From: Actinomycetes bacterium
GTDB lineage: Bacteria > Actinomycetota > Acidimicrobiia > IMCC26256 > PALSA-610
Reading direction: 5' to 3'
Assembly: GCA_031404355.1 (NCBI GenBank)
Contig: JANNHK010000252.1
Span: forward strand, 1-62,231
DNA length: 62,231 bases
Under the pieces are notes generated by a model. That model did no database searches. It was not told the DNA's origin and saw only the letters and a program-made list of their open reading frames with translations. Each line of letters begins with the position of its first letter. Positions within the stretch are counted from its first letter, which is position 1. The translations under genes were made by a program, and so were the position numbers. Shown piece by piece: positions 19,011 to 28,658 of the stretch.

Positions 19011-19436
19011 TTACCTCCTAAGGACCACAGCGCAGGCTGTGGGCCCCGTTGCGACCGGTAGCACCGGCCCGCAGGGGCAGGATTTCGGTTGTCGAACCGG
19101 GAGAGGCTATCAGGACTCCTCCGTGGGACCCATCACGGCGGACGTTAGCGGTTACGTGGGACAGTTTCCTCTGATCGGGTTCTGGCTGTGCTTGCTGGGT
19201 CGCACTCACCTTGGAGGGCGGCTGACGCCACGCCCGCTCACTTGTTGGCGCGTGTCGTTGAAGCCGTTCATGCCTTCGACGTTTCGGGTGACGCGGTTGG
19301 AGTCGGGGCACTCGTGGTCGTGGCGGCGAAGCTGCTCGGGGCGGCGCTCGACTACGACCACTTCGCGTTCGCCTACGCGCGCATCCTCGATAGAGCGATC
19401 CCGAACCTCGTCGCCGAGCTCAACGCGCTGACCTGA

Positions 19437-22310
19437 TTACTGCGCCGCCCGCAACTCGCCCGCGATGGCGATCGCGGCGCGGGGTGCGTCGCCCTCGGTG
19501 ACGCTCGCGAACGCTTCCCGAATGTGCCAACCGGCGCGACTCAACGCGCGGTTGCGTTCGATATGAGCTCGGGCGCCGTCGTGGTGTACGGAACACAACA
19601 CCGCGACGGCGCGGGAACCGCTTCCGACGCACAGGTCCACGGTCCAGTGACCGACCTCGTAGCCGGCCCGCACCTCGATTCCGAGCCGTTCGAGTTCGGT
19701 TCCGAGCGCGCGCGCCCACTCGGAGCCAGGGGCAGCAGACGCCATCCGCGGAGGCGGACGTTCCGCGTGCTCGAGGTACGCGCTCACGAGGTCGTTCACC
19801 GATTCGCGCAATGACGTGACGACGACGATCTTCGTCCGCGCCCTCGTGATCATCACGTTGAACAGGTTCGGATCGTTGACGAACTGGCGCCGGTTGGGCG
19901 TGTCGGCGTCGGTGAGAGCTAGCGAAGCGATGACGATGTCGCGCTCGCCGCCCTGGAACGAGTGCACGGTTCCCGCCCGCAACCCCAGTCGTTCGATGTC
20001 TTCGACCGAGAACGCGCTGATCAACGCGTCCTCCAACGCGTCGGCCTGGGCCCGGAACGGCGTGATCACGCCGATACTCCCCAGACCCTGCTCGGCGAAC
20101 TCGGCCACCAGTCTGAGTGCCGCTTCCACTTCGGCGAGCACGACGCCGCGATCGTTGGCCGTTCCGTTGACGCGCACGACATCGATCGCATCGACACACT
20201 CGGTATCCGGGCGGCGGGTCATGAGCTTGAGCGCGGTGCGGTAGAAGCGCGCGGCCGAGAACGCGATCAGGTGCGGTACCGACCGGAAGTGTTCGTCGAG
20301 CCACGTCGTGGGCGCGGTGCCGCACGCGCAGTCGAACGCGCTCATACGCCGGATGTCGAGGCGGTCCCCCGACTGTGCGACACGGTGGTTCGCCAATGCC
20401 TGCGTCACGGCCGCGTCGGAGAGGAACGACACGTGCCGCAACTGGTGCGGATCGCCGGCGACGACGACGCGGGTGGCCCGCAACAATGCCGGCGCGGCGC
20501 GGATCTGGTCGATCTGCGATGCCTCGTCGAGCAGGAGGAGGTCGAACAGCTGGGGGGTCGTGGGCAGGAGGTCGTTGATGTCGCGCAACGTGCCGACCCA
20601 CAACGGCAGCGCCTCGACCAACGCGCTCCCGTCGATCTGTTCGAGGGCGGCACGGCGTCGGCCGCGTCCGGCGCGGAGCGCAGCAGCCAACGCTACGACC
20701 GCCCGGCGGCGGCTGGCGGCGGCTGTTTCGGCCGCGGCGGCGCGGTCGCTCAGACGCGCCGACAGCGCAAGCGCGAGTTCGGCGTCGGCGCGAAAGAGCT
20801 CCTGCCACGCGCTCCCGATCGTCGTACCGCCGTGGGCCGCGAGTTCGGCGGCCGCCCGCCGCGAAGTCGACGCGGCCAACGCAATCTCGAGTTGTTCGAG
20901 CGACGCGGACGGCGCTCGCGCGGCGCCACGAAGCCGGCGCAGGGCCTTGCGGGTGCGCCGGCGCGCCCACCAGCCACGCGTATCGGCGCGCGCCGTGAGG
21001 GCAAGCTGTTGTAATCGATCGAGGGCCTGGTCGGCGTCGAAGAGGCCGGGCAAGTCACCGGCCAGACCCGGCAGCAACGGCTCATAACGGGCCCAGTCCT
21101 CGGCGCGCGCCTCCACTGTGAGTACCCGCCCGACCGCCGCCTCCAGTGCGCCCACTCGCGCGAGCGCACTCGCGACAATGCGATCGCGATCCTCCAGGCG
21201 ACCGCGACCGACCCGCGCGCCGTTCATCGCGAGCCGCGACGCCAGCACCTCCCGCCGTTCGGCGTCGCCGAACAGGACCGGGGTCGGGCCGGGCTGGCGG
21301 TCGAGAAGGTCGGCGAGGACGTCGACCGCGGCATTCGACTGCGCGGCGACGAGGACGCACTCGCCGCGTTCGATCGCATCGAGCGCGATCGCGACGACGG
21401 TATGACTCTTCCCGCTCCCGGGTGCGCCCGAGAGCACGGTCACCCGTTCTCGCCGCGCCCGCTGTACCGCTTCCATCTGCCGTTCACTCAAGGGCATCGG
21501 CGACCTCACGGTCGCGACGGGGGCGTCGCCGGGTTCGGCGGGCTGGTCGGCGTACATCGCCGCGAACGCGGTGCCGTCGAGATCGCGGCGGCCGGCCCAG
21601 TGGAGCAGCGTGGCCGAGAGATCGGGCGCGCTCACGTCGCGGGCGAGGTACAGGCCGCTACCCACGACGACGACCAGTCCCGCCGCGGAACGCAACGCCG
21701 TCGGGTCGGTAGCGGGCGTGAGGACCGCGCCGATCTCGAGGTTCGCGGCGCCGGCCACGTCCTTGATCCATTGTTGAAGGCGCGTGAGGCGCGCGAGCAA
21801 GCGGGGGTCGATGTCGTCCTGGGTGATCGCACCGCCACCGAACTCGATCTCGCCTTCGAGGCGGGCCGCGACCGCCGGATCGGACACAAGCGGAATGAGT
21901 TCGTCGTCACCAGCCCGGAACAGATACGTGCCCAGCAGGCTCGAACTGATACGAACCGGACGACTGATCAGCGGCAGGCACACGCTCTGCTGCTTCCCGT
22001 CGATCTCGCTCGTTCCGCAGACGAACACCCAGCCCTCGCGCAGCAGGCGTTCGTTGAAGTGGAGCGCGTCCAGCGCTCGGAGCCGCTTCACCGCGCTCGA
22101 ATTCGGAATGGACGGAGGCGATTCGCTCAGGCGCGTCGCCGCGGTCTGTGCCCAGGAGGCGCCACCCCACGCAAGCTCCGGCTGTGCCGTCGCGACCATC
22201 CGGGACCCGAGCCAGACGAACGGCTCGTTTGAGTCCGTCACGTCGTACCGCACGCGGACTCCGGCCGGCGCGAGTTCGGCGAAGGCCTTGAGCAGCGCGG
22301 CTGCGTCCAT
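19437..22310 (-). CDS. SF1 (Upf1/Dna2-like, AAA_11/AAA_12) helicase with an unassigned 270-aa N-terminal region and a DUF559-like (restriction-endonuclease-fold) C-terminal domain
   Basis: 957 aa. Motifs: Walker A VLSGAPGSGKSH, motif II LLLDEASQI, VVAGDPHQL, TVHSFQGGERDIVI and NVMITRARTKIVVV. The C-terminal HWTVDLCVG...RNRALSRAGWHIREAF resembles DUF559 / Vsr-like domains. Confidence 0.8.
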   Translation of the reverse strand: MDAAALLKAFAELAPAGVRVRYDVTDSNEPFVWLGSRMVATAQPELAWGGASWAQTAATRLSESPPSIPNSSAVKRLRALDALHFNERLLREGWVFVCGTSEIDGKQQSVCLPLISRPVRISSSLLGTYLFRAGDDELIPLVSDPAVAARLEGEIEFGGGAITQDDIDPRLLARLTRLQQWIKDVAGAANLEIGAVLTPATDPTALRSAAGLVVVVGSGLYLARDVSAPDLSATLLHWAGRRDLDGTAFAAMYADQPAEPGDAPVATVRSPMPLSERQMEAVQRARRERVTVLSGAPGSGKSHTVVAIALDAIERGECVLVAAQSNAAVDVLADLLDRQPGPTPVLFGDAERREVLASRLAMNGARVGRGRLEDRDRIVASALARVGALEAAVGRVLTVEARAEDWARYEPLLPGLAGDLPGLFDADQALDRLQQLALTARADTRGWWARRRTRKALRRLRGAARAPSASLEQLEIALAASTSRRAAAELAAHGGTTIGSAWQELFRADAELALALSARLSDRAAAAETAAASRRRAVVALAAALRAGRGRRRAALEQIDGSALVEALPLWVGTLRDINDLLPTTPQLFDLLLLDEASQIDQIRAAPALLRATRVVVAGDPHQLRHVSFLSDAAVTQALANHRVAQSGDRLDIRRMSAFDCACGTAPTTWLDEHFRSVPHLIAFSAARFYRTALKLMTRRPDTECVDAIDVVRVNGTANDRGVVLAEVEAALRLVAEFAEQGLGSIGVITPFRAQADALEDALISAFSVEDIERLGLRAGTVHSFQGGERDIVIASLALTDADTPNRRQFVNDPNLFNVMITRARTKIVVVTSLRESVNDLVSAYLEHAERPPPRMASAAPGSEWARALGTELERLGIEVRAGYEVGHWTVDLCVGSGSRAVAVLCSVHHDGARAHIERNRALSRAGWHIREAFASVTEGDAPRAAIAIAGELRAAQ

Positions 22311-22346
22311 GCGGGCCGACGCTACAGCGGTCGGTCGACCGGCTCG

Positions 22347-22883
22347 CTAACTCGGGCAGGCGCCGACGGAACCGGCTCCGCCGCTCCCCGCTTCGGTTTC
22401 GAGCGCGTACCGGTAGCGGCCGCGCGCCATATACGAGGGGCAGTCGATCTCGTTTGCGGGGCACGGTTGCATCACCGTGCGGTCGACGGGGTCACCGTTC
22501 GCGTCGTACCAGCCGATGTCGAGCGAGATCAGTGTGTCCGCCATGGTGAACGACGAACTGCTGTCCTCCCCGAACACGAAGAGCATGCCGTCGTAGTTCT
22601 CGAGGTCCGACACGCCGCGCAGTCCCTGCACGCGTTCGTCGACCTCGTCGGCGATGACGACACGCAGGCAGCGGTCGTCGAGCGCGACGTATGACTCGGT
22701 GAATCCGTCGAACGGCGGGAACGCTTCGGTCGAGGTGGCGAGTGCGTCGGCGAGCGACGTGCCCGCGACGGCGCGCGCAGCGTCCCCGTCGTCGTCGAGC
22801 GACTCCCGGAGCATGTAACCGAAGAACGCGGTACCGAGCAGCACCACGACGACGAGCGCGAACGCCAGCCCGAGTCGTGACAC
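22347..22883 (-). CDS. DUF192-domain protein with N-terminal membrane anchor
   Basis: 178 aa. RVQGLRGVSDLENYDGMLFVF...MADTLISLDIGWYDANG matches the DUF192 (COG1430) pattern. Confidence 0.75.
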   Translation of the reverse strand: MSRLGLAFALVVVVLLGTAFFGYMLRESLDDDGDAARAVAGTSLADALATSTEAFPPFDGFTESYVALDDRCLRVVIADEVDERVQGLRGVSDLENYDGMLFVFGEDSSSSFTMADTLISLDIGWYDANGDPVDRTVMQPCPANEIDCPSYMARGRYRYALETEAGSGGAGSVGACPS

Positions 22884-23768
22884 TCAGGCGTGCTCCGGCT
22901 GGGGAGCAGAGGCACCGTAGAGGCCGAGTCCGTCGGCCATCTGGTCGGTCATGTGATACGTCTCCGCACTCGACGGGAACGCGCCGGAGCGTACGTCGGC
23001 GCAGAACTGGGTCACGGCATCCGTCGCTTCGGCTTCCATCTCGGCGTACCGCCGCACGAACTTCGGGAGCTTGTGGCCCGGGGCTGCGAAGCCCAACAAG
23101 TCGTGCCACACCAGCACCTGACCGTCGCAGTGGCGGCCGGCGCCGATACCAATGGTCGGTACCGCAACACTGTCGGTGATCATCCGCGCCACGCCGTCGG
23201 GCACGCACTCGAGCACGATCGCGAACACGCCCGCCTCGGCGAGTGCGACCGCGTCGTCGACGAGCGCGCGTGCACTGTCGAGTTGCTTGCCCTGCACCTT
23301 GAACCCGCCGAGCGTGTGGATCGACTGCGGCGTGAGCCCGATGTGGCCCATCACGGGAATCTCGGTGTCGAGGATCGCGGCGATCGCGGCGACGCGCTTG
23401 CGACCGCCTTCGAGTTTCACTGCGCCGGCACCGGCGCGAATCAACTGCGACGCGTTACGGACAGTCTCGTCGCGCGTGACGTGGTAACTCATCCACGGCA
23501 GGTCGGCGACGACGAGCGGGCGGGGCCGCGTGCGCGCCACCGCCGCGACGTGATGCGCCATGTCGTCGGTCGTCACCTGCAACGTGTCGTCGTAGCCGAG
23601 CACGACCATCGCGACCGAGTCGCCGACGAGAATCATGTCTGCACCCGCGGCGTCGACGACACGCGCCGACGGAGCGTCGTACGCGGTCACCATGACCAAC
23701 GGGGCATCGCCGCCTTTGCGGGCGAGCACGGAAGGCGCGGTCATTCGCGCCTGAGAAGCAGCAGCCAT
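22884..23768 (-). CDS. panB: 3-methyl-2-oxobutanoate hydroxymethyltransferase
   Basis: Motifs: PLVMVTAYDAPSARVVDAAGADMILVGDS, VVADLPWMSYH, AVKLEGG. The ATG at 23768 is preferred over the ORF start at 23837 because GGAGG lies 8 nt upstream and the resulting length (294 aa) is typical. Confidence 0.9.
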   Translation of the reverse strand: MAAASQARMTAPSVLARKGGDAPLVMVTAYDAPSARVVDAAGADMILVGDSVAMVVLGYDDTLQVTTDDMAHHVAAVARTRPRPLVVADLPWMSYHVTRDETVRNASQLIRAGAGAVKLEGGRKRVAAIAAILDTEIPVMGHIGLTPQSIHTLGGFKVQGKQLDSARALVDDAVALAEAGVFAIVLECVPDGVARMITDSVAVPTIGIGAGRHCDGQVLVWHDLLGFAAPGHKLPKFVRRYAEMEAEATDAVTQFCADVRSGAFPSSAETYHMTDQMADGLGLYGASAPQPEHA

Positions 23769-23880
23769 CTCCGCACCTCCACCGTCCAGGGCACACACGG
23801 CTCCCGGCAGTGACATCAGAGTACCCAACCGGGGCATGATTCGTCAGAGCCCGGCCGGGACTGTGTCAGGAGCAACACCA

Positions 23881-24102
23881 GTGACAGAACGGGTCTGCGA
23901 GAACTGCGGTATGCCCGACGAAGAGCTGGTCCTCGTGCGGCGGGTCTACGTCGTGCCCGAGAAGTGGGACACCCCCGCGTCGGTCACCGTGGTGCCCGAC
24001 CCGGAGTTGTGGTGCGTGTCGTGCGTGTCGCAGTACCCCTGCGAACCCACCGACACCGACGAGGGCGAAGAAGACGATCCTGCTGGGTCGGACTCCGACT
24101 GA
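23881..24102 (+). CDS. small zinc-ribbon-like protein (CxxC ... CxxC) with acidic tail
   Basis: High third-position GC throughout. VCENCG ... WCVSCVSQYPC forms two Cys pairs. The GTG at 23881 has AGGAG 8 nt upstream; the ATG at 23836 is the alternative start. Confidence 0.55.
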   Translation: MTERVCENCGMPDEELVLVRRVYVVPEKWDTPASVTVVPDPELWCVSCVSQYPCEPTDTDEGEEDDPAGSDSD

Positions 24103-24192
24103 TTGGCGGCTGCGCCGCGGTCGAGCCGTCGCCACTCCGGCGAGCTCCCTGCGCTCCTCCGTCGCTCCGGTCGCCGCATCGTGCGACGCGGG

Positions 24193-24565
24193 CTATTCCG
24201 TATGGTTCCGGCCGTGGAGTGACTGGCGGCGGAGGTGGTTCCAGCCGCAGTCGGGGCACACCTCGACGTCGTAACAGGCGAACTCGTCGTGGGTCTTACC
24301 GAGTTTCTCGAGTTCGCCGTCGCTCGTGATGCAGCGGCCGTTGGCCTGTTTCAGCTTCTCGCCGTATACGTAGGTGACGAGCCGCAGTTCCTGCGCGCTG
24401 CACACCGGGCACTCGTCGTCGATCGGCGTCCCGACGTGCTCGGCGGCCCGGCGGAGCTCGGGGTGGGGCGTCGCAGACGTCGAGCCGGGTCAGCGTGCCC
24501 CGGCGGAAGTCGCGCAGGACGGCCCTCCGGGCGAGCGCGTAGTCCGTCACCGGATGCACATCCAC
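24193..24565 (-). pseudogene. DUF5318-family gene carrying a +1-nt frameshift (or an assembly error)
   Basis: The N-terminal part (MDVHPVTDYALARRAVLRDFRRGTLTRLDVCDA) is in one frame. The C-terminal part (HPELRRAAEHVGTPIDDECPVCSAQELRLVTYVYGEKL...EVCPDCGWNHL) is in another. They join at the GGGG run at 24465..24468. The span is 373 nt, i.e. 3n+1; removing one base gives an intact 123-aa protein. Confidence 0.75.
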
Positions 24566-24715
24566 TATGGCTCCCTTCGCTCCCGTCCGAGGGGCCTTCG
24601 GCGGCCAGGACTCCGCTGCGTCCGCACGTCGGCGAGTGTAGGTGCGCGACGACCCCTCGTCGTCCGCCCCTCGGCCCCTGGCCGGCGGGTGGACGGCCGG
24701 TGAACGAATGAGTTG

Positions 24716-24742
24716 CACGATATATCGTTTCGATATATCGTG
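24716..24742. promoter_or_regulatory. 27-bp perfect palindrome, probable PadR operator overlapping the padR promoter
   Basis: CACGATATATCG-TTT-CGATATATCGTG: 12-bp arms with a 3-bp spacer, and each arm contains the self-complementary CGATATATCG. It ends 5 nt before the padR ATG (24748) and is the most AT-rich stretch of the divergent DUF5318/padR spacer. Confidence 0.6.
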
Positions 24743-24747
24743 TCGGC

Positions 24748-25365
24748 ATGTTGGAGCTCGCGGTGTTGGGATTGCTGATCGAGCAGCCCCTCCACGGCTA
24801 TGAGCTGAAGAAGCGCTTGTCCGAGACACTTGGCCCCCTTTGGGGGATTTCGTTCGGTTCGCTCTACCCGGCCCTGCGCCGACTGGAGCGCTCCGGTGCG
24901 ATCGCCGAGACGGTCTCCGAGGACGACGACGGGCCCGCCGCCCCGATCGTGGCGACCGGCTCGGTCAAAGGGGACCTCGCGGCCGCGCTGCGGCGCCGGC
25001 CCCGCTCGACCCGGCGCACCCGCAAGGCCTACCGCCTCACCGAAGCCGGCCGGGAGCTGTTCATCGAGCTACTGACCGCACCCGAAGCCGACGACGAACG
25101 GTCCTTTGCGTTGCGGTTGTCGTTCTGCCGCCACCTGACCGGCCCCGAACGGCTCGTCTTCCTCGAACGCCGCCGCACCCAGCTCACCCAGCGACTCGCA
25201 CCGGTCCGGCGCACCACGCCGAGTCGCACCCTTGATCGCTACACCCGGTCGCTCCTCGAGCACCGGGCCCAGACCACCCGACACGATCTCAAGTGGATCG
25301 ACGAGTTGATCGCGGAAGAACGCGCACTCGCCGACCGCACTGAGGAAGGAGCAGCATCAGCATGA
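24748..25365 (+). CDS. PadR-family transcriptional regulator
   Basis: 205 aa. [24 protein letters not shown]...[16 protein letters not shown] is the PadR winged-helix signature. Confidence 0.9.
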   Translation: MLELAVLGLLIEQPLHGYELKKRLSETLGPLWGISFGSLYPALRRLERSGAIAETVSEDDDGPAAPIVATGSVKGDLAAALRRRPRSTRRTRKAYRLTEAGRELFIELLTAPEADDERSFALRLSFCRHLTGPERLVFLERRRTQLTQRLAPVRRTTPSRTLDRYTRSLLEHRAQTTRHDLKWIDELIAEERALADRTEEGAASA

Positions 25366-26462
25366 GCGCGCCAATGAATAATGGCGAAAACCGCAAGAAG
25401 GTTCGGGTTGCGATCGCCGGCATCGGCAACTGCGCGAGCAGCCTGGTGCAGGGCGTCGAGTTCTACAGAAACGCCGACCCGAACGAGCGTGTGCCCGGGC
25501 TGATGCACGTCGAACTCGGCGGCTACCACGTAGGTGACGTCGAGTTCGTCGCCGCGTTCGACGTCGACGCCGACAAGGTGGGCCTCGACCTCGGCAAGGC
25601 GATCTTCTCGAGCATCAACAACACGATCAAGTTCGCCGACGTCCCCGACCTCAACCTGCTCGTGCAGCGCGGCCCGACCTTCGACGGTCTCGGCAAGTTC
25701 TACCGCGAGGTCGTCGAGGAGAGCCCGGCCGAGCCGGTCGACGTCGCGCAGGCCCTGCGCGACGCGAAGGCCGACGTGCTCGTGAGCTATCTCCCCGTTG
25801 GTTCCGAAGACGCGCAGCGTTACTACGCGCAGGCATGCCTCGACTCGGGCGTCGGCTTCGTGAACGCGATCCCCGTGTTCATTGCGAGTGACCCCGAGTG
25901 GGCGAAGAAGTTCGAAGACGCCGGCGTGCCGATCGTCGGCGACGACATCAAGAGCCAGGTCGGCGCCACCATCACGCACCGCCTGCTCGCCCGCCTGTTC
26001 GAAGACCGCGGCCTCGCGATCGACAACACGTACCAGTTGAACTTCGGCGGCAACATGGACTTCAAGAACATGCTCGAGCGCGAGCGTCTGCTGTCCAAGA
26101 AGGTGTCGAAGACCCAGTCGGTCACCAGCCAGATCGACCAGGGCATCTCCTCGGAGAGCGTGCACATCGGCCCGTCGGACCACGTGCCGTGGCTCAACGA
26201 CCGGAAGTGGGCGTACATCCGCCTCGAAGGCCGCAACTTCGGAGACGTGCCCCTGAACATCGAGTTGAAGCTCGAAGTGTGGGATTCGCCCAACTCGGCC
26301 GGCGTCATCATCGACGCGGTGCGGTGCTGCAAGCTCGCACTCGACCGTGGCATCGGCGGCCCTCTGGCAGGCCCGTCGGCGTACTTCATGAAGTCGCCAC
26401 TGGTGCAGTTCCACGACGACGAGGCGCACCGAATGGTGGAAGCCTTCGCCGAAGGCGTCTAA
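25362..26462 (+). CDS. ino1: inositol-3-phosphate synthase
   Basis: 366 aa. [34 protein letters not shown] and [11 protein letters not shown] are typical actinobacterial Ino1 motifs. The start overlaps the padR stop (ATGA). Confidence 0.93.
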   Translation: MSAPMNNGENRKKVRVAIAGIGNCASSLVQGVEFYRNADPNERVPGLMHVELGGYHVGDVEFVAAFDVDADKVGLDLGKAIFSSINNTIKFADVPDLNLLVQRGPTFDGLGKFYREVVEESPAEPVDVAQALRDAKADVLVSYLPVGSEDAQRYYAQACLDSGVGFVNAIPVFIASDPEWAKKFEDAGVPIVGDDIKSQVGATITHRLLARLFEDRGLAIDNTYQLNFGGNMDFKNMLERERLLSKKVSKTQSVTSQIDQGISSESVHIGPSDHVPWLNDRKWAYIRLEGRNFGDVPLNIELKLEVWDSPNSAGVIIDAVRCCKLALDRGIGGPLAGPSAYFMKSPLVQFHDDEAHRMVEAFAEGV

Positions 26463-26481
26463 TCCGCGCCAGAATCGGGGC

Positions 26482-27207
26482 ATGACCAACACGGAGGCGT
26501 GGGATCGCGTCGGCGCGCGGCGGGCGACATCAGCCGCGAACGAGGCCGTCCAGTACGGACCGGATGTCCCGACCGACGCCGAGCTGCGGCTCGTCGGCGA
26601 CCTCAACGGGAAGCGTGTGCTCGACCTCGGCTGCGGGAGCGGGGAGAACGCAATCGCGTTTGCCCGCCTCGGCGCGCACGTCATTGCGCTCGATCAGTCG
26701 ATCGCCCAGCTCGCCGTCGGGCGGCGCCTGGCCGAGTCGCTCGAGCAGCGGGTCGAGTGGCACCGCAGCGATGCCGCCGACCTCGCCTTCCTCCGGGCCG
26801 ACTCGATCGACCTCGCCTTCGGGGCCGGGCTCCTCGTCGAGATCGAGGACATCGACCGGCTCTTCCGCCAGGTCCACCGGGTCCTTCGCCCCGGCGCAGC
26901 GTTCCTGTTCTCGTACGACCACCCGGCGGCCCTCGCGGTCGGTCGCGAAGACGCCGCGCCCGGAGGGCTCCCCCTCGGCCGCCTCGAAGTGCGCCGGTCG
27001 TACAACGAACCGGGCCCGATGAAAGTCGTGCGCGACGGCGAAGACATGTCGCTGTGGCCGCGCTCGATTGCCGACGTGTTCGCCGCACTCCATCGCGCCG
27101 GCTATCGCGTCGACGTGCTCCTCGAGCCCGAACCCGTTCGATCGTCGGACCCGGGACCGTCGTTCCCGACGACGATCATCTGGCGCGCCCGCAAAGAAGG
27201 CCTCTAA
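26482..27207 (+). CDS. class I SAM-dependent methyltransferase
   Basis: 241 aa with motif I VLDLGCGSGENAIAF and the post-I acidic residue (VIALD). Confidence 0.8.
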   Translation: MTNTEAWDRVGARRATSAANEAVQYGPDVPTDAELRLVGDLNGKRVLDLGCGSGENAIAFARLGAHVIALDQSIAQLAVGRRLAESLEQRVEWHRSDAADLAFLRADSIDLAFGAGLLVEIEDIDRLFRQVHRVLRPGAAFLFSYDHPAALAVGREDAAPGGLPLGRLEVRRSYNEPGPMKVVRDGEDMSLWPRSIADVFAALHRAGYRVDVLLEPEPVRSSDPGPSFPTTIIWRARKEGL

Positions 27208-27210
27208 CCG

Positions 27211-28608
27211 TTATTGCACGTCGCGCTCGGCGGCCCACGCGTCGAGGCGCTCGTACGCCTCGTCCTTTTCCAACGGGCCTTCGTCGAGGCGGAGCTCGAG
27301 TAGGTACTTCATGGCGTCGCCGACGAGCGGTCCGGGTTCGATGCCGAGATGTTCCATCACTTCGCGGCCGTCGAGCGACGGGCGGATCTTCGACAGTTCT
27401 TCCTTCGCCGAGAGCTCCGCGATGCGCGCTTCGAGCTGGTCCATTCGGCGGCCGAGGGCGGCGGCCTTGCGTTCGTCGCGCGTCGTGCAGTCGGAGCGGG
27501 TCAGCTCGTTGAGCTCGTTCAGCAGGTGGCCCGCGTCGCGCACGTACCGGCGCACGGCGCTGTCGGTCCAGCCCTGGCTGTAGGTGTGGAACCGCAGGTG
27601 GAGCCGCACGAGTTCGGTCACGTCATCGACCACCTCGTTCGGGTACCGCAGCGCGAGCAGACGTTCCTTGGCCATCCGGGCGCCGACCACGTCGTGGAAG
27701 TAGAAGCTGACGCCGTCGGCACCGATCTTGCGCGTGCGCGGCTTGGCGATGTCATGCAGCAACGCACCGAGGCGCACCTTCAGCTCCGCGCCCGTCTTCG
27801 CGACGACGGCGATCGTGTGGGCGAGCACGTCTTTGTGCCGGTGGATCGGGTCCTGTTCGAGCTTCATCGCGTTGAGTTCGGGCAGGAACTCGTCGGAGAG
27901 ACCCGTGCGCGAGATCAACCACAGACCGGCCGACGGGTCGTCGGCCAAGAGCATCTTCGACAGCTCGTCGCGGATCCGTTCCGCGCTGATGATCTGGAGC
28001 CGTTCCCGCATCGCTTCCATCGCGGCGACGACGTCGGCGTCAGGTTCGAACCCGAGCTGCGCGGCGAAGCGGGCCGCGCGCAGCATGCGCAGCGGGTCGT
28101 CCTCGAACGACACCTCGGGCGCGAGCGGCGTGCGCAGCCGACGCGCCGCGAGGTCGGCGAGGCCGCCGAACGGGTCGACGATCTCGGGTTCGTCGAGCGC
28201 CATCGCGATCGCATTGACCGTGAAGTCGCGGCGCGAGAGGTCGGTTTCGACCGCGTCGGAGAACGTCACCTCGGGCTTGCGGCTGTCGGGGCGGTAGACG
28301 TCGGCACGAAACGTCGTGATCTCGAACCGCTCGTCGTGCTTCTCGCACCCGATGGTGCCGAACCGCTCGCCCTGGTTCCACACCGCGTCGGCCCAGCCCT
28401 TGACGGCCCGCTTGACGGCGTCAGGACGCGCGTCGGTGGCGATGTCGACGTCGGGGTCGCGGGCGACCCGGTCGAGGAACGCGTCGCGCACGCTCCCGCC
28501 GACGAGGTAGCTGCGGTATCCGCCCTCCCGGAGGCGCGCCGCCAACTCCTGGGTCGGTGACCCAGGCTCCAAAAAGCGCGAGAGGCGCGGCGGTACGGGC
28601 GGGGTCAT
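27211..28608 (-). CDS. cca: CCA tRNA nucleotidyltransferase / poly(A) polymerase family with HD domain
   Basis: 465 aa. It has the polymerase-beta nucleotidyltransferase head (LVGGSVRDAFL...DVDIAT), RRDFTVNA, and an HD motif (HRHKDVLAHT ... LLHDIAKP). Its position matches mycobacterial pcnA. Confidence 0.88.
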   Translation of the reverse strand: MTPPVPPRLSRFLEPGSPTQELAARLREGGYRSYLVGGSVRDAFLDRVARDPDVDIATDARPDAVKRAVKGWADAVWNQGERFGTIGCEKHDERFEITTFRADVYRPDSRKPEVTFSDAVETDLSRRDFTVNAIAMALDEPEIVDPFGGLADLAARRLRTPLAPEVSFEDDPLRMLRAARFAAQLGFEPDADVVAAMEAMRERLQIISAERIRDELSKMLLADDPSAGLWLISRTGLSDEFLPELNAMKLEQDPIHRHKDVLAHTIAVVAKTGAELKVRLGALLHDIAKPRTRKIGADGVSFYFHDVVGARMAKERLLALRYPNEVVDDVTELVRLHLRFHTYSQGWTDSAVRRYVRDAGHLLNELNELTRSDCTTRDERKAAALGRRMDQLEARIAELSAKEELSKIRPSLDGREVMEHLGIEPGPLVGDAMKYLLELRLDEGPLEKDEAYERLDAWAAERDVQ

Positions 28609-28658
28609 GTTCGTATTCTCGCGGTCGCGGCCCTCCGCGGCGGTACGGTATTCGCCAG

